Source of the DNA: Eledone cirrhosa
Lineage: Eukaryota
Length of the DNA: 64,000 bases
Assembly: GCA_964016885.1 (NCBI GenBank)
Contig: OZ024740.1
Location: 160,146,001-160,210,000 of the forward strand
Reading direction: 5' to 3'
Positions 41,690 through 56,009 of the stretch are shown here, piece by piece; the first letter of the stretch is position 1; each line of letters starts with the position of its first letter. Made by a program: the position numbers and the translations under genes. Below the pieces are notes generated by a model that saw only the letters and a program-made list of their open reading frames with translations, ran no database searches and was not told the DNA's origin.

Positions 41690-42155
41690 TCCATCACTAT
41701 AATGCTTGTAGATGTATTCTTTCTAGACTAAGTGCAATATTCCATGAAAGTGAAACATGGGCAGTAAATGCAGAGGATATGTAAATGCTCAAGAGAAATG
41801 AAGTGGGTGTGCTTCGATGGATGTGTGATGTTAATGTGAATGAACAACAAAGCACGAATAAGATGAGAGAGAAACTGGGTATCAGAGGAAGCAAATGCAG
41901 TGTGGAAGAGAGAAGACTGCACAGGTATGTACAAGTATTACATATAGATAGTGATCATTAGATGAAGAATTGCCAAAGGTTATCAGTGGAAGCTGCAATA
42001 GAAGAAGACCATGGAAAACCTGGATAGATATAGTGAGAGCAAATCTCAAAATACTAAGCCTTGTAGAAATAGCGACAAAGGCATGCAGCAAGTTGAGAGA
42101 GGCTGTGCTAGAAAAGACCCATGGAGAAACAGATGTAAAATATATGATGATGATA
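41690..42155 (+). mobile_element. Old RTE LINE 3' fragment
   Basis: SETW..RNE..LRWMC, RRRPWKTW and a (GAT)n tail. Confidence 0.75.
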
Positions 42156-42295
42156 TGAAAAATTGGTTGTTTCAGCCTAGAAAATGATTGGCTCCACCAG
42201 GTTTAGAATACCCAAAACAGATGTATCAAGATGATACCCCTATGACTCCATCATGAATTGAGGTACCTTTCCTATTAGATTTCTATTATTCTTTA

Positions 42296-42490
42296 AGGGC
42301 AGTGGATTGGCAGTACCAGTAGAGGGACTGACGCCATGCTTTGCAGCAAAGAGTTACGGCCATTTATGATCTGAGTTCAAATCCCGCCGAAGTTAACTTT
42401 GCCTTTCATCCTTATGGTGTCGATAAAATAAAGTACCAGTTATGTACTGGAATAATTGCTGGCCTTGTGCCCAAAGTAGAAACAATTATT
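42296..42490 (+). mobile_element. tRNA-derived Nin-type SINE
   Basis: Full head, B box gagttcaaatcc, core and end. Confidence 0.82.
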
Positions 42491-42699
42491 CTTTAAGATT
42501 ATACCACCCCTAGACACACAGACGTACATACACCTATGCGCTATGGGCTTTTAAATCTCTCTTCCAAATTCCACCAACTATCTATTGGTCTGTGGTTAGA
42601 AGATGCTCACTCAATGTGCCATAAAGTAGAACCAAACTGGAGAATCACAGATTTACAGAGTGAACTTCTTAAGCACATAGCCATGTTTTTACCAGCTTA

Positions 42700-43370
42700 T
42701 TCTATTCCATATTCTTGAGAGATTTTTTATTCTTTATGGCCAATAATGTGGTCACCATGTAATGCAATATCGATTAGAAAAACATTAAATTCTTTGTCAA
42801 TAAATACAATATCTGATCTCCTGTATTCTTTGAGTTTGCCTGGTCTGTCTGAATATTGAATTTCTTCATTTTATTATTTTTTGAAAATTATTTTTCGTTG
42901 CTTGTTTTTCTTTTTTTCAATGATCATGCCGCCATCACTTTGCAGAGACTTCAAATCCATACTTTCAATGTCGATTCCAAGGAAAATTGGAGCATGCTTT
43001 GTCGTAACAATGTCTAATCTTTTTAAAGCTGACATTTTGCAACTACTGACAGAGTTCCCCACATTCTGTAACATCTTTCTGCAAAGTCAAATATAGGCCA
43101 ACATCTTGCTGTTGGTGGTAGATGTAATTGTATTCAGTTCCTGATTTCGGGCAGATAGCAGACAAATTTTGATTTCTTTCTTCAGAATTCCATCTTTATT
43201 ATATTCTTTTGTGTCTTTCATAAATATTTCATGAAATACTGTATTTTTTTCTACTTCTTACTGAAAAAATGCCCTCATTATAACTGAACCACATATTGAC
43301 TCTTCTTCATAATGTTATTTACTTCTAATTTGGCAGCAGATGCTACATGCTCGAATGAATAATAATGGAA
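42700..43370 (-). mobile_element. Decayed R4/Dong-like zinc-knuckle and restriction-like endonuclease fragment
   Basis: Minus-strand LLSARNQELNT..CRK..VSSCKMSA and SDIVFIDK..LIDIA resemble the AQEQ..CCHC and PD..D motifs. Confidence 0.55.
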
Positions 43371-44166
43371 TGTCTAAATGTATGAGATGAATTGCTGTCA
43401 ATATGATTTATAATTTTCTGGCCTGTTAAATATGATGAGATATGTGGATATTCCCCCCATTCTTAACATCTATATAACATTTCAATCAGTTTCATCTCTG
43501 ACCATCATTAGGCATTACATCCTGGATGTGTATGTACCCACAGACTAGAGTAAAATTATTTGTAAAAGAAGGGTAAATGTAGTCAATTGGCAGAAGTGTT
43601 AGACCATCAGGCAAAATGCTTTATGATATTTATTTCAGTTCTTTGCCACTCTGAGTTCAAATTCCAAAATTAGTCTAAGGTGGTGGACTGATCTAGTCAT
43701 TAGAGTGTTGGATGGATTGCCTTAAGTATTCATTCCAGCTCTCAGTATTTTGAATTCAAATTTCACCAATGCCATCTTTGCCTTTCAGAGTTGGTAAATA
43801 AAATGCTAGTCTAGGATAGTGGGCAGATGGAATCATTATAGTTCTGGACAACTCATTCCAGCTCTTTGCATTTTGAGTTCAGATTCTCCCATGGTCAAAT
43901 TTTCCTTTCATCCTTACATGTCAACAAATATAATACCAATCTAGGCTGGTGGACTAACAATCATTTGAATGTCTCACAGGATACTTTGCAGTATATGTTG
44001 CAACCCTTTATATTGTCTCCCAGTCAACATTAAAGGGATTAGAGCCCCATTATGTTCATTCATACCTGTACACACAAGTATAGATAACAATAGAATGATT
44101 CATGTTATTCAGCCTGTATTTGATATTAAAAAATATTTTGGGCCGACTTAATATATGGACACACAT

Positions 44167-44198
<32 letters not shown>

Positions 44199-44554
44199 CA
44201 CACACCATAAATGTTTTAGTGCTTAGCACTTCAAAAGGACTTAATACAACCCTGAATTCACACTATCCACTGCTCTAACAAATTTGCCAATCCATCACCT
44301 TATCTTATGCGTAATATATTTTGTGTTAATATATGTCACACTATAAATATAATCTTAAAATATGGCTGACTTCAATTGACAGATATTGTTACATTTCTAG
44401 AAGGCATATTTAAAATTCTGCTCCTGCTTTGCAGTAGTTAAAAGCTGTTGTACCGAATTACACAAGTGAGATGGTTTTAGTCTACTTAACACTTGCAGCA
44501 CTATATTGTACAAGTGACATAGCTTCTGTCTGGTAAACATTGTTACACTATAGA

Positions 44555-44860
44555 GTACGGTGAATGGCTTAATGGTTAGAGGGGTCGATTCTAAATCATA
44601 AGGTCATCTGTTTGATTCCTAGCAGGGTGTCATGTCCCTGTATATGACACTTTTTATCATGTTGCCCCAATCCACTCAGCTGTAGAAAAATGAGCTATAC
44701 CTGTAATTCAAGCAGATTTCTTTGTCACACACTGAGTCTTCTGAATCTCCTTGAAAACTACAAGGGTATACATGTATGTAGAATGCTCAGTCACTTGCAC
44801 ATAAAATTCATGAACAGGCTGTTCCCTTCATCAACCAACTTGAGTATTTATCATTAGAAC
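44555..44860 (+). mobile_element. Older tRNA-derived SINE of a second family (related copies at ~40655..41000 plus and ~45760..46060 minus)
   Basis: tggcttaatggttaga..gtttgattcc head followed by tgtccctg..gacacttt..ccactcagctg. Confidence 0.55.
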
Positions 44861-44904
44861 TGACAAAACATTATAGCATAACACATTTCTTTGATATAAT
44901 TAAC

Positions 44905-45290
44905 AGTTGTTGCTGCGCTAAATTGTTCAGTTGAAACTGCTTTGTTATTATTGATATAGCTGCTGCATTATATTGGATAATTGTCTGTTGCACTATACTG
45001 TGCAATTTAGGCTGCTTTAGTTTAGTTACTACAGTTGTTGCACCATATTAGATGATTGCATCTGCTGCACTATATTGGACAATTTAGGCTGCTTTAGTTT
45101 AGATACCATAATTGTTGCACTATATTGGGTGACCGAGTCTGCTGCAATATGCTGTGCAATTTGAACTACTTTGGTCGAGTTAATATAGTTGCTACATTAC
45201 TGAGGCTGTTGCATTATATTTCACAACTGAGTCTACTTTGCAATATTGCATAAGTGCAACTGTTGCACTATATCATATAAATGTGGCTGC
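44905..45290. repeat. Degenerate ~26-27-bp minisatellite
   Basis: Recurrent ctg(c/t)tgcactatattg..caat units. Confidence 0.7.
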
Positions 45291-46969
45291 TTAGCAAGTA
45301 ATTGATTCAATAAAATTTCAGGAAATTCACTTTTGATTTTAATGGTAATTTTATGCTTTTGATAAAAAATGGCATTTCTTTTTGTTTCTAGCTCTTACAT
45401 AAATAAAACAAAAAGAAACTAAAGTCTGAAGAAGAATCTTGAGTTAGTCTCTATTGACAAAAAAACAGTTAATGGAATTTTCAACATTGAATTAATTTGA
45501 GTGCTATAAAATGCAGCTTATTGGCAGAGTTATTTGAGTATCAGATATAATACATTGTGGTATTTGTTCCAGCTCTCTGCACTCTAAGTTCGAATCTCAC
45601 TGAGGTCCGCTTTTCATTCTTTCAGGGTTAATAAAAATGTAACAATCTCAGGTAGTGGTGCATATCTCTCACCCTTTAGCTATCACATTTGAATTGTCTT
45701 TTGGATCAAAGCTGCTCATAAATACATGGGTACATTGTTGTTGTTGAAGTTGCATTTGGTTCCAACAATGTATTCCAGTTGTTCAAACAACAGAAGAACC
45801 TGCACATTAAATTAACGTTCAAATGTCTGTACATTCCACAACCATGGGCACCCTTAATGTAGTTCTCAAAGCGATTCAGCAGGACACAGTGTGTGAAAGG
45901 GTTGACCCTTTGAATCACAGATACAACTCATTTTTGCCAGCTCAGTAGACTGGTGTAATGTGATATAAGGTATTTTACACAAGGACATCAGTTTTGTAGT
46001 ATCAAACTGTTAATTGGGAGCTGAACTCTCTCTAACTACTGAACCACATGCCTTCACAATGGGCACCTTAATACTTTAGTGAGAATATGATACTGAGTGA
46101 TCCTTGAAACATGACTTCCATAAGAGTGATGAATTCTAATGTTCTATGGAGAATTCTACTTTAGATTACCAATGAGGAGAAGTATGAGTAAAGAATATTT
46201 TTAAATGTGGTTGAAGATTGTAACATAAAAGGGATGCGTGTCTTTGTTTTTTATAAAGTTTTCCACTGAAAGGTGTTTTGCTTAGGCCCTCCAAATCTGA
46301 TGAGAGTGGATAACATTCTTGAAACGATTTGCAATTTGACAACTATCACCAAAACATTGACAGGGAGAAAATTAATGAGTGTAAAGAATTGGTGGACCTG
46401 TGCTGTCAATAATGATAGCAATAAGGAGCTAAAGGTATAAGCATGGCATCTGAGGCAGAACTATTTGGGAGATTTATGTAAAATTTGCTGTTGTAGAAAG
46501 AGATTCTAACAAAAAAAAAAAAAAAAAAAAAAAAATGGACTATATAGAATTTTGTCACTTTTTAAGAAGTGAAGAGGAGGTTCAAAGAAAATATCAGTGT
46601 AGTTTCAGTATTAGAAAACGTTAACAGTATAACATTCTAGAATTCCAAAATACTTATACTTTTTCAGTTTGCTCGATTTCAGCTATTTTTACTTTGTAAT
46701 GGTAGTCTTATTCCATGGCTATTTACAGATTTATACTTTTTGCAGCATCTTATTTTTATTTTTAAACTATATTTCTGATTTTCTTTCTAATCCCATACCA
46801 CCACAACAACCACCTCTACATACATTGAAAATTAAAATGAAAAACAGAAAGCTATAATAATAATAATAATAAATCAAAACAAAAGAGATCAATATAGAAA
46901 TGTTATATTTTCTTTATTAGTCACCACCTCATCTCTCACTCTCTCTCTCTTTCTCTCTCTTTCTCTCTC

Positions 46970-47019
<50 letters not shown>

Positions 47020-47687
47020 TCACTCCAGCCCATAAGAATTCAACAACTTTCCCTTTCTATTGAATATAGAAAATAAATCTTAAGTGATATATAGCATAAT
47101 TATTGTTATCAGCCATCTTTGTTTCATCATTGGCGGCATGATCAACATTAAGCGCCATCGCCCCTTCAATCACTGTTGCCATTATCATTATCACTGACAC
47201 CAGCAATATCATAACCACAATGATTATCTTTGTTGCAGTTTTGTTGTTTCGTCTATCCTAATAAAAAAATAGTTGATTTACTGTAGAAAGCATTTCGTTA
47301 TGGCTATTTTTGAGGCAAGATGTGATGTTTAAGGTCATATCAAGTTGTCATTAAAAAAAAAGTGAGATGATATAGACATAAGACATTAATATAAATATAT
47401 ATATACATGTAGACAGTTAACTTTATAGAGTTATAAATTAAAATTATATATATATATATTATATATTATATATATAATTTTAATTTATATATATATATAT
47501 TATATATTATATATATATTATATATTATATATATATTATATATTATATATATATTATATATATATTATATATATATATATATATTATACATTATATATAT
47601 ATATATATTATATATATATATATATTATATATATATATATATTATATTTATATATATTATATTTATATATATTATATTTATATATAT

Positions 47688-47721
<34 letters not shown>

Positions 47722-47800
47722 ATATATTATATATATATATATTATATATATATAGACACCTAGTAAATGAGTAAAATTTACTCTCATTAATATTACTATT

Positions 47801-47943
47801 AGGGCGGTGGATTGGCAGTATCAGTAGAGGGTCGGACGCCATGCTTTCCAGCATAGTTATGTCCCTTTACGATCTGAGTTCAAATCCTGCCAAGGTTGAC
47901 TTTGCCTTTCATCCTTACGGGGTCGATAAAATAAAGTACCAGT
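47801..47943 (+). mobile_element. tRNA-derived Nin-type SINE, 3' end interrupted
   Basis: Head, B box and core are present; a PLE fragment follows directly. Confidence 0.82.
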
Positions 47944-47949
47944 ACTACT

Positions 47950-48940
47950 CATGCCACATAACGTGGTTCAACCCTCCCCCAATGCCAAGGCTGCAACACC
48001 AATCAGGAAAATCTTCTTTAGTTTCCTCGAAAAGCACTTCCCACCACAACACGGCTACCACAATATAATCAGCAAAAACTCTATCAAACTTTCTTACAGC
48101 ACCACACCCAACTTCCACAAAACATCGCCTCCTCAAACAACATGAAACTCAACTCCTATGGAAGAAACAACCTAGACATTAGTGGAGAGCCGACCAGGAG
48201 GAGTAACTGCCCTGTAGATCTACGCGCCCCCTCAACAACAGATGCCGAGAATGTAACGTGATCTACCAATGCAATGTGAGGATGGAAAACTCCATCAAAG
48301 CCAATATAGGATTAACTGTCTGTGACTTTAAGACCTGGCTCTACCAACACCGTCATACATTCAGAAACCCGGCCTGGCGACATACCACTACACTTTCGGG
48401 CCACATCTAGGACCTCCAACAAAATAACATCTCATACCATCTTACTTGGAGCTTACTTTCCAGGGCTAACTCCTACTCAGGAGGATGCCGTCCGTGTAAC
48501 TTATTCTCGGAGGAAACAATACAATTGCTGTCTATGAAGGACCAACTCCTAAACAAAAAAGACAAACTTGTAACCGCATGTTAACACCAATTGCATAGGA
48601 CTTACCTTGCCTTCAAACCCCCTCATGACCCGGGTTGGTAGACAGTGGCTGTAACATCCTTCTTTTCCCCACTTGCCGAACAAGATAGGGGAAACCTCAG
48701 CATACATAGGTAGATGTAATTCTTTTTTTTCTTCCTTTATCCCTTCCTCTCACTTCCTTCCACTCCCTCTCCTCTTCCTTTACCTTTTGCAGCTCCTGAT
48801 TATTACTGGAATTCTATAAGAATCCAGCTTCTATAATTTTCAGCGGAAGAGTGCAGTATGTAGCTCTTTTGATTGCCAAACAGCATGAAACAGACTATTA
48901 GCTTCTCTGCCTTCTTTCGCCGAAAAGAAGTAAGTGACAT
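47950..48940 (+). mobile_element. Decayed Hydra-clade-like PLE 3' fragment
   Basis: ITWFNPP, KIFFSFLEKHFP..NSIKLSYSTTPN, followed by frameshifted GIY-YIG remnants. Confidence 0.75.
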
Positions 48941-49464
48941 AGTCACTACTTTAAAATGATAGCGTAAGGTCTTCAAAATGCTTTTAATTAAACATACGGT
49001 ATATTGCCAAATATACTATGCATACATAAAATGTTGTAGTTTGCTGGAAACATTGTATAAAATATATAATGGGGAAAATGATATAAGGCTAAACAATGTG
49101 AAATGGATGGTAAGATGGAGGTAACGAACACGTTAGTTACCTAGTAATATTTGTTTTACTTTGTTTGTTGCTCTTGTTTCTTTCGTCCTAATATTTTAGG
49201 ACTTAAAATTCCCTTCGTCGGAGTATAAGGAATTCTCAGAGAAAAAAATGTTCTGCTTTCTTCTCTTTGGAATTAAATTTAGATTCAAATTTTATAAACC
49301 ACTTTCAAGAGTTCTTTGATGTTTGCCTTTTTATTCATGAGAAATTGGAGGATGACGTCAATTGCCAATGTAATAGTTCATGGAATCAATTTCCTTGTAT
49401 GAGATGTTGCCTGTATACATATGTTGCCTGTATGTTTCTCCTTTTGTGTCCTCAACACACACAC

Positions 49465-49640
49465 ATCCCCATTGAAAAAGCACATTAACAAATACAGAAA
49501 CACCAACCATATAGCAGTCAATATTGAATCCAGAGAGAGAAATCTGGGCACTTTAAGAATTAAGGAAGCCTTGCTTATATGTAGACTCAACCCACAATTC
49601 AATAATAGATTAGAACTCAGCACACAATACTTGACATAAC
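49465..49640 (+). mobile_element. PLE GIY-YIG C-terminal tip
   Basis: SPLKKH..IESRE..LRIKEALLI..LNPQFN. Confidence 0.6.
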
Positions 49641-50992
49641 CAAATGATATATTCATATAACTGCTACATATAAATGTATTCATATGGTCAATGATGTACA
49701 CATTTTTTCTGTCTGTAGGATTTATATGCCCAACAATGGCACTTGATTCAATTCTCTACCTTCCTCAGCAACCAGTACCCTTCTTTGAGTCACACAAGGG
49801 CAGTTTTTGATGAGTTCAGTCTGCACCCATTATCTTGCTACCTTAGTTCAGGCCAGTTCCCCCCATCATGCAGTTCTGAATTATATTATCAGAAAGTGCC
49901 TTGGTACAGCCAGTTTCCAGTCATAATTTCAGCCGGCTGGCCTCAACCATGATGATGGCAAATATTAACTTTGTTCTCTAATTTGGGATGTGATGTGCTG
50001 CAACTCACTAGTTAAAAATCCAGGCTCTGCTGCCCACAATGCAGAGGAGAGAAAGATAGTTAAATATTAAGGCTTGACCAAGCACTTCCTCTTTTTACTG
50101 GTCTTCCTTGAGACCTCAGGTATCCTTGGGCCCTGCACCTGATTTTCTTTGTAGAATTGGAAAGATGCTGGCCCACATGAAGTGTTTTGTTTTTGTATAA
50201 ATAGCTTTGTAGAATAAAGTACCAGAGCAAAAGTGAAAAAAAAAAAAAACCCTTGAAGATTCTAACTTACAAATTCAAAACTTCCTATTGCCCACCGGTT
50301 CTTAAAATCAATTGTTTACATATCTGCTGTCTGATTGATAAGGTTTAATATAATGGGAACATTTGTCAGCTGGCGATTTAGTGTAATGATTAGCATTGCG
50401 AAATGGTATATTGCAGCTGTGAGTTCATCTCCCAACAGCAGGACTGTACTCATTTTATCTGTCTCCAGTGTTTATATGCCCAACTTACTAGATTATTTTT
50501 CATAGTAAAAAAACGTTGATGCTTCTAACTTACGAATTCAAAACACCAATCGCTCAACAGTTCTAAAAATAGATTGCATACATGTATACATATCAATGTG
50601 CACACATATATACACATATACACACATGCTGGCTTTATTGCAAATTGTATGATGAAATGGATTGATTTAAAACCAGATAAGATTGCCTTTGCCTTCACCA
50701 AATCTTACTGATATCTCAAATTCCAGAAGTATATAATCTACGCTGGTGTGGGGAAAATGGAAAGAAAAAATCAATACCGTTTGCTGTTCATAATATTCAC
50801 ACACATATCTCTGTCTCTCTCCCTCTCTGTTGCACTCTAATAACCATGTGTACTTAATGCATTCTTCATCTTAACTCCTAGCCTATACACCCTCATTATA
50901 TATATATATAAAGTACCAGTAATACACTGGGTAATTGCTGGCCTTGTGCCAAAAGTAGAAACAATTATATATATATATAGAGAGAGAGAGAG

Positions 50993-51023
<31 letters not shown>

Positions 51024-51081
51024 CATATACACATATAAACACACATACATATAGATATAAATACATATTATATATATATAT

Positions 51082-51121
<40 letters not shown>

Positions 51122-51496
51122 CACAAACTCCCTGTCCCTCTGTTAGAATATTTGTTTTCTTATATAAGTGTATATATGTATTGATAAAGGGATAGACATA
51201 TCTAAGGAGAGATAAATGGATGAACAGATACTTGTAAATAGATGATAGAAAAATTAATTGATTCCTCAAAACATTCTAAATAATGTTTTTGATGATGCAA
51301 ATGATGATTATGTTGATAAAATATAAAAAATAATTGTAATTTTTGGTCAAGGGCGCTACCCAACATTGTGTAGGATTACCAAACTTAATTTATTCATAAA
51401 AGAAATCTTGTACATAAAAGCACAATATAAATATAATTTATGATAAAGTTAATTGTATAAGATATACAGACAGATGTGTGTGTTTATAAGTATCTA

Positions 51497-51530
<34 letters not shown>

Positions 51531-51691
51531 CACATGCACATATGTGTGTATATATATATATATACACGCACACATATGTGTGTGTATATATATATATATA
51601 TATACACACACACATGTATATGTATATAAATATATATATACACACACACATGTATATGTATATAAATATATATATATATATATATGTATAT

Positions 51692-52360
51692 AAACAAACT
51701 AAGGAAAAAATTAGAAATAAGAGGGATCAGATGTTGTTTACTAGAGAGAAGGCTACGTTGGTATGGTCACGTGATGCGCATGAAGGACGATAGCTGTATA
51801 ACAAAGTGCAGGGCAATAAAGATAGACGGTAGCCACGGAATAGGCAGACCCAGAAAAACCTGGGACGAGCTGATAAACTCCAGCCTCACACACTTACACC
51901 TCACCAAGACAATGTCACTGGACCGAGACCTTTGGCGGTACTCAGTAATAGAGAAGACCCGCCTTACCTAAATACAAAGTAAAACCTACTACAGTCAGTA
52001 GGCATCTCTAACAAAATACACCCCCGTCCCACCACCCCCACCCCATCCACACCGCCCCCTTCTATGTAAAGTTATGTTGGTGCCACACCATCCAGGCCGA
52101 AACAAATGAGATCGTGTAGGTGTCACGACAAAAAAACACACAGTCCACGCTGTAATGTGGCCGTGTAGGCAACACGGTAAAAACCTCCCAGACCCACACT
52201 GTAAATGTGGTTGGTGTTAGGAAGGGCATCCAACTGTAGAAAACCTGCCAGACAGTCCTATGCGAGCAAGACAATCACTCTTGCCTCAAGTGGGAATACC
52301 CCCGTCCAAACCCATGCAAGCGTGGAACACGGACGTTAAACGTTGATGATGATGATGATG
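51692..52360 (+). mobile_element. RTE LINE 3' fragment of the same subfamily as 3256..7000
   Basis: [23 protein letters not shown], matching 3' UTR and (GAT)n tail. Confidence 0.9.
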
Positions 52361-52370
52361 ATATATATAT

Positions 52371-52503
52371 TTGTTTTGCGAGGTTTTTGATATGAAATCA
52401 TGTGTCGAAACAAATATTGTTATACTTGGGGAGGGTCATATTGTTGAAATAATATTGCCAGAAATAATAACAGAACACACTCACTGCTTGGTTGGTTTTC
52501 GTA
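52371..52503 (-). mobile_element. PLE 3' tip, including tail, of the 16233-type family
   Basis: tgaaatcatgtgtcgaaacaaatattgttatacttggggagggtcata..ttggttggttttcg. Confidence 0.7.
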
Positions 52504-52599
52504 ATAATCTACTTAAGGTCATAGACAATATTTGTGGTTGTAGGAAGGCAGAAAAAATAAAAATGAAGGGTAACAGCTTGGTTAATTTCAATTAAGAAA

Positions 52600-53510
52600 C
52601 AAGCATGGAAAGACTAGTAGAATAGGGAGGCAGAAAACAACACCAAGAATCGAGAAGAGAAGCTAAGCCTCAGGTACACTCTGCAAGAAGGAAAGCAGAG
52701 TTAAAAAGTTTATACATGCTCTAAGAAGTGCAAACCAAAGGTGTGAGGGGTGTTTACGATTGCAAGGTAGTGTGTGAGAGAACCTCAGAATATTGTTGGA
52801 GAAAACTGCGCCTGCAGTGACTTTGTTGTGCTTGGCTTCACCAACATGGAGAAGAAAGAAGCATGGAAGAGTCATTATGATAGATTGTTGAATGAGGAGA
52901 ATGCATGAGATGAAATTTCTGCTCCATGTAGACCCAAGAGCAGGATCCACTATCCGAGTTGGTAGCAGTATGGTAAATAAAGCAATTAAGTATACGAAGA
53001 CAGGCAAAGCAGCTGGACCCTCAGTGATAGTTGTTGAGATGCTGAAAGCAGCCCACACCTTAACCACGCATATTATAAATCAGGTAATACAGGATGGTGT
53101 CATACCCAGTGACTGGTGTAGCGGCAACATCATCAACTGCTTCAAGAACAAGGGAGTTGTACTGGACAAAGGAAACTATAGAGGCATCAAGCTGATGGAC
53201 CAGCTTATGAAAGTTACAGAATAAGTTAGAAGACAGCTGATCAGGGATTGAGTTAATTTAGAAGAGATGAAGTTTGACTTTGTACCAGGTAGAGGTAAAA
53301 CTGATACCATTTTCATTGTCAGACAAATGCAGAAGTACTTAGCAAAGAGTTAGCCCCTCTACCAAGCATTTCTTGATATGGTGAAAGCTTTTAACAAATG
53401 TCTGGCTCCATAATCACGTGGGCTCTTTGTAGATGAATGGCTAATGATGGCTCTACAGGCCATGTACAGAGGACCTGTCAGAAAAGTTAGAATCAACAAT
53501 AAGTATAAAT
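52600..53510 (+). mobile_element. Old internal RTE RT fragment
   Basis: KTGKAAGPS..DWCS..GNYRGIKL. Confidence 0.8.
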
Positions 53511-54824
53511 GGTTAACAGCATTTGATAATTGAGTTTTGCAAATAGTTATGAATTTGCACATAGCATCACTAGGCTGTATAACCACCGTGGAAACATTTG
53601 TAAGCACACAGAATAAATGACCTTTTTATGATGTCTACCTGTTACTATTCATTCTTTATATATATATATATATGATAGATATATATATTTATTTATTTAT
53701 TTATTATTAGAGCAAATTAAAACTTTAAACAAACAATTTTTACCTTCCCCCTCTTTGGGGATCTTCTTAAGTATTCACATTGATACACCCAAATATGCTC
53801 AGGTAACTAAGAAATAGGTTCTAAATTTGTACAAATAGATAATTTTGAGAAATGCTTATGTAAAATCTCTGTGTTCTAGGCTACCCATGCCTATTAAGAA
53901 TCTAAAAATGTTTCTTAAATCATCCTACTTAACATCAAATTTCTTCACAATCATTGACTTATTTGTATATAAGTATGAACTTACACACACATACATATCT
54001 AACATAAATTCATCCACAAGCCTTCCAGAAGCATTCAAAATGGCGACAAGGAAGGTCGCTTGACCACGTCTTGGCCAAACAAAATATAATATTTTCACCA
54101 AAAACTGCCCTTTAAACACATGTCAGATGGATTACAATATTCATTATTACAATTACTTTGACTGTTCCCTGACAACTAGTACCAGTTTCAAGATAGAATT
54201 ATCTTAACGAAGTATATATAATTTGACTTGATTTTCGGTAACAAACCACGTGTGGACATGGACGGGGAAAAAAACAAAACAAATCACTACATACCTTAAG
54301 GATCGCAGTAAGTACTCCACAAAACATATAAACAACGATATACACACAGATTTATATACAGATATATACCATATGCATATACACAAACGTGAAAAGAAAC
54401 CACACTATTTCGTGTGAGACACTATACCGGCCAATTTTACCAATTTACATTGGTAAAATATTTCTTAACATTGACTTCGCTTCTAACCCACATACACCTT
54501 TTAATTATATATATATACTAGCAGCTGAAAGTTAATAATTTAAAAAAAAAAATATTATTGAAAGTTTATTATAAAGAAGCAGTACCAGGGGGAAAAAAAA
54601 ACGTTATTTCGCTGTTAATAAACAACTGCCTTCTACAGTACGTTTCATTTAACTTACGCAGCATATTTATTTGTTTACATGCACAGACTCTTCTGTACAC
54701 ACACAACATTTAGGAAAACGGAAACAAAATACACAAAAAAACAAAACAAAAAAACAGACATTTTATTTCTATCGTAATCAAGTGCGCTAAACCTATATTG
54801 TTTGCATTCTGTGTTTTTCTACGG

Positions 54825-56009
54825 ATGGGTAGAAATAACAAAATTGCCATGGTGATGTCCATGGATGAAGTATGCGACAAAACTGGTCGATGTCCCAAAA
54901 TAGAACATTGCCCAGAAGATCACATCTGCCATATCTGTACGGAACCCGAAAACTCGTTCCGTAATCGCTGGGTCGAATGTGAAACCTGTCGCATCTCTGT
55001 CTGCCTTCAATGCGCCACAGGCTTCCGGAAGATCCCAGGCCAAAATAAGAAACATCATATTGCTACGATGGATAGACTCTGGGAGATGGTCCAGCTAACA
55101 AACTGGTCCTTTCAGTGCCTGGACTGTATGCCTGCTTCTCCCATTGCTGCGGAACAACAACAACAACAAAGACCGAAGATCGTTTCTTCTACCATTGTTC
55201 CCGAACAACAGCAAAAACCAACGACCGTAGCTTCTGCTACTACCCCTGTTGAAGGACTTCATCAACAACAGCAACCCATGTCTTCCTCACCCGTTACTTT
55301 CCAACAACAACAACCGACGACTGTGTCTTCTACCATGCCTGTTGAAGGAGAAAAACAACAACAAAAACCGACCGTCAATACGGAGTTTGAGGAAATGCGG
55401 CAAATGATTTCCGCTTTAAGTCAAGAAATAGCGGAAATAAAATCAAGCGTTCGTGTAGAAATCCACAATGAAGGATCTTACCGGAGTGCCTTGTTAAAAA
55501 ATCTCCGCGTACCTCATGTTGAACCTAGACGCATTGAGAATGCCACTGAATCTGCAAACCACGAAGTGATTGCCATTGGTGTGCCGGAAGACATAGTTGA
55601 TCTTCAGGCATTTGCTGCCAGTTCATCCAAAGACCTGGGCTGTGCTCCCGCAAAGGGTGCTCTATGCCTTGGCCGACCAGGCCCGAAACCCAGGTTAATT
55701 AGACTGTCGTTTTCAAACTCAACTGAGGCATGTACAAACCTTATAGCCTCTGATAAAGCTAGGCGTGAAAGTCGGATTGCTTTCCGAACACGTCCTGGTC
55801 TTCCACCTGATGTCCGCCCAAAGTTGCGTGCTGCAGCTTCCCTAAACCGCAGCTCGGCAGAACATGAAAGCTTCAGCCTACGAGATGATGGGCAGATATA
55901 TAAGTTTGTTAAGGCTGGCGAATCATGGAAAAGAGACACCAGCTGGTCTGAAAACACTGTACCCACAACAACTGACAATAAAGAAACTGAAAAAACTCTG
56001 GGAAACTAA
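54825..56009 (+). CDS. LINE ORF1 protein: N-terminal PHD-like finger, Gln-rich repeats, coiled coil and degenerate RRM/CTD-like region
   Basis: Open ~394-aa frame from ATG 54825; CHIC..CETC....CLQC..CLDC and PRLIRLSF. Confidence 0.8.
   Translation: MGRNNKIAMVMSMDEVCDKTGRCPKIEHCPEDHICHICTEPENSFRNRWVECETCRISVCLQCATGFRKIPGQNKKHHIATMDRLWEMVQLTNWSFQCLDCMPASPIAAEQQQQQRPKIVSSTIVPEQQQKPTTVASATTPVEGLHQQQQPMSSSPVTFQQQQPTTVSSTMPVEGEKQQQKPTVNTEFEEMRQMISALSQEIAEIKSSVRVEIHNEGSYRSALLKNLRVPHVEPRRIENATESANHEVIAIGVPEDIVDLQAFAASSSKDLGCAPAKGALCLGRPGPKPRLIRLSFSNSTEACTNLIASDKARRESRIAFRTRPGLPPDVRPKLRAAASLNRSSAEHESFSLRDDGQIYKFVKAGESWKRDTSWSENTVPTTTDNKETEKTLGN

Noticed and set aside
44905-45290. Coding 9-aa repeat on the minus strand
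   Set aside because: The unit spacing does not preserve frame and stop codons are frequent.
48841-48905. Hammerhead-like CGGAAGA..gtgc/gcat..GAAAC in the PLE 3' region
   Set aside because: The core is mutated and stems I and III are not convincing by eye.
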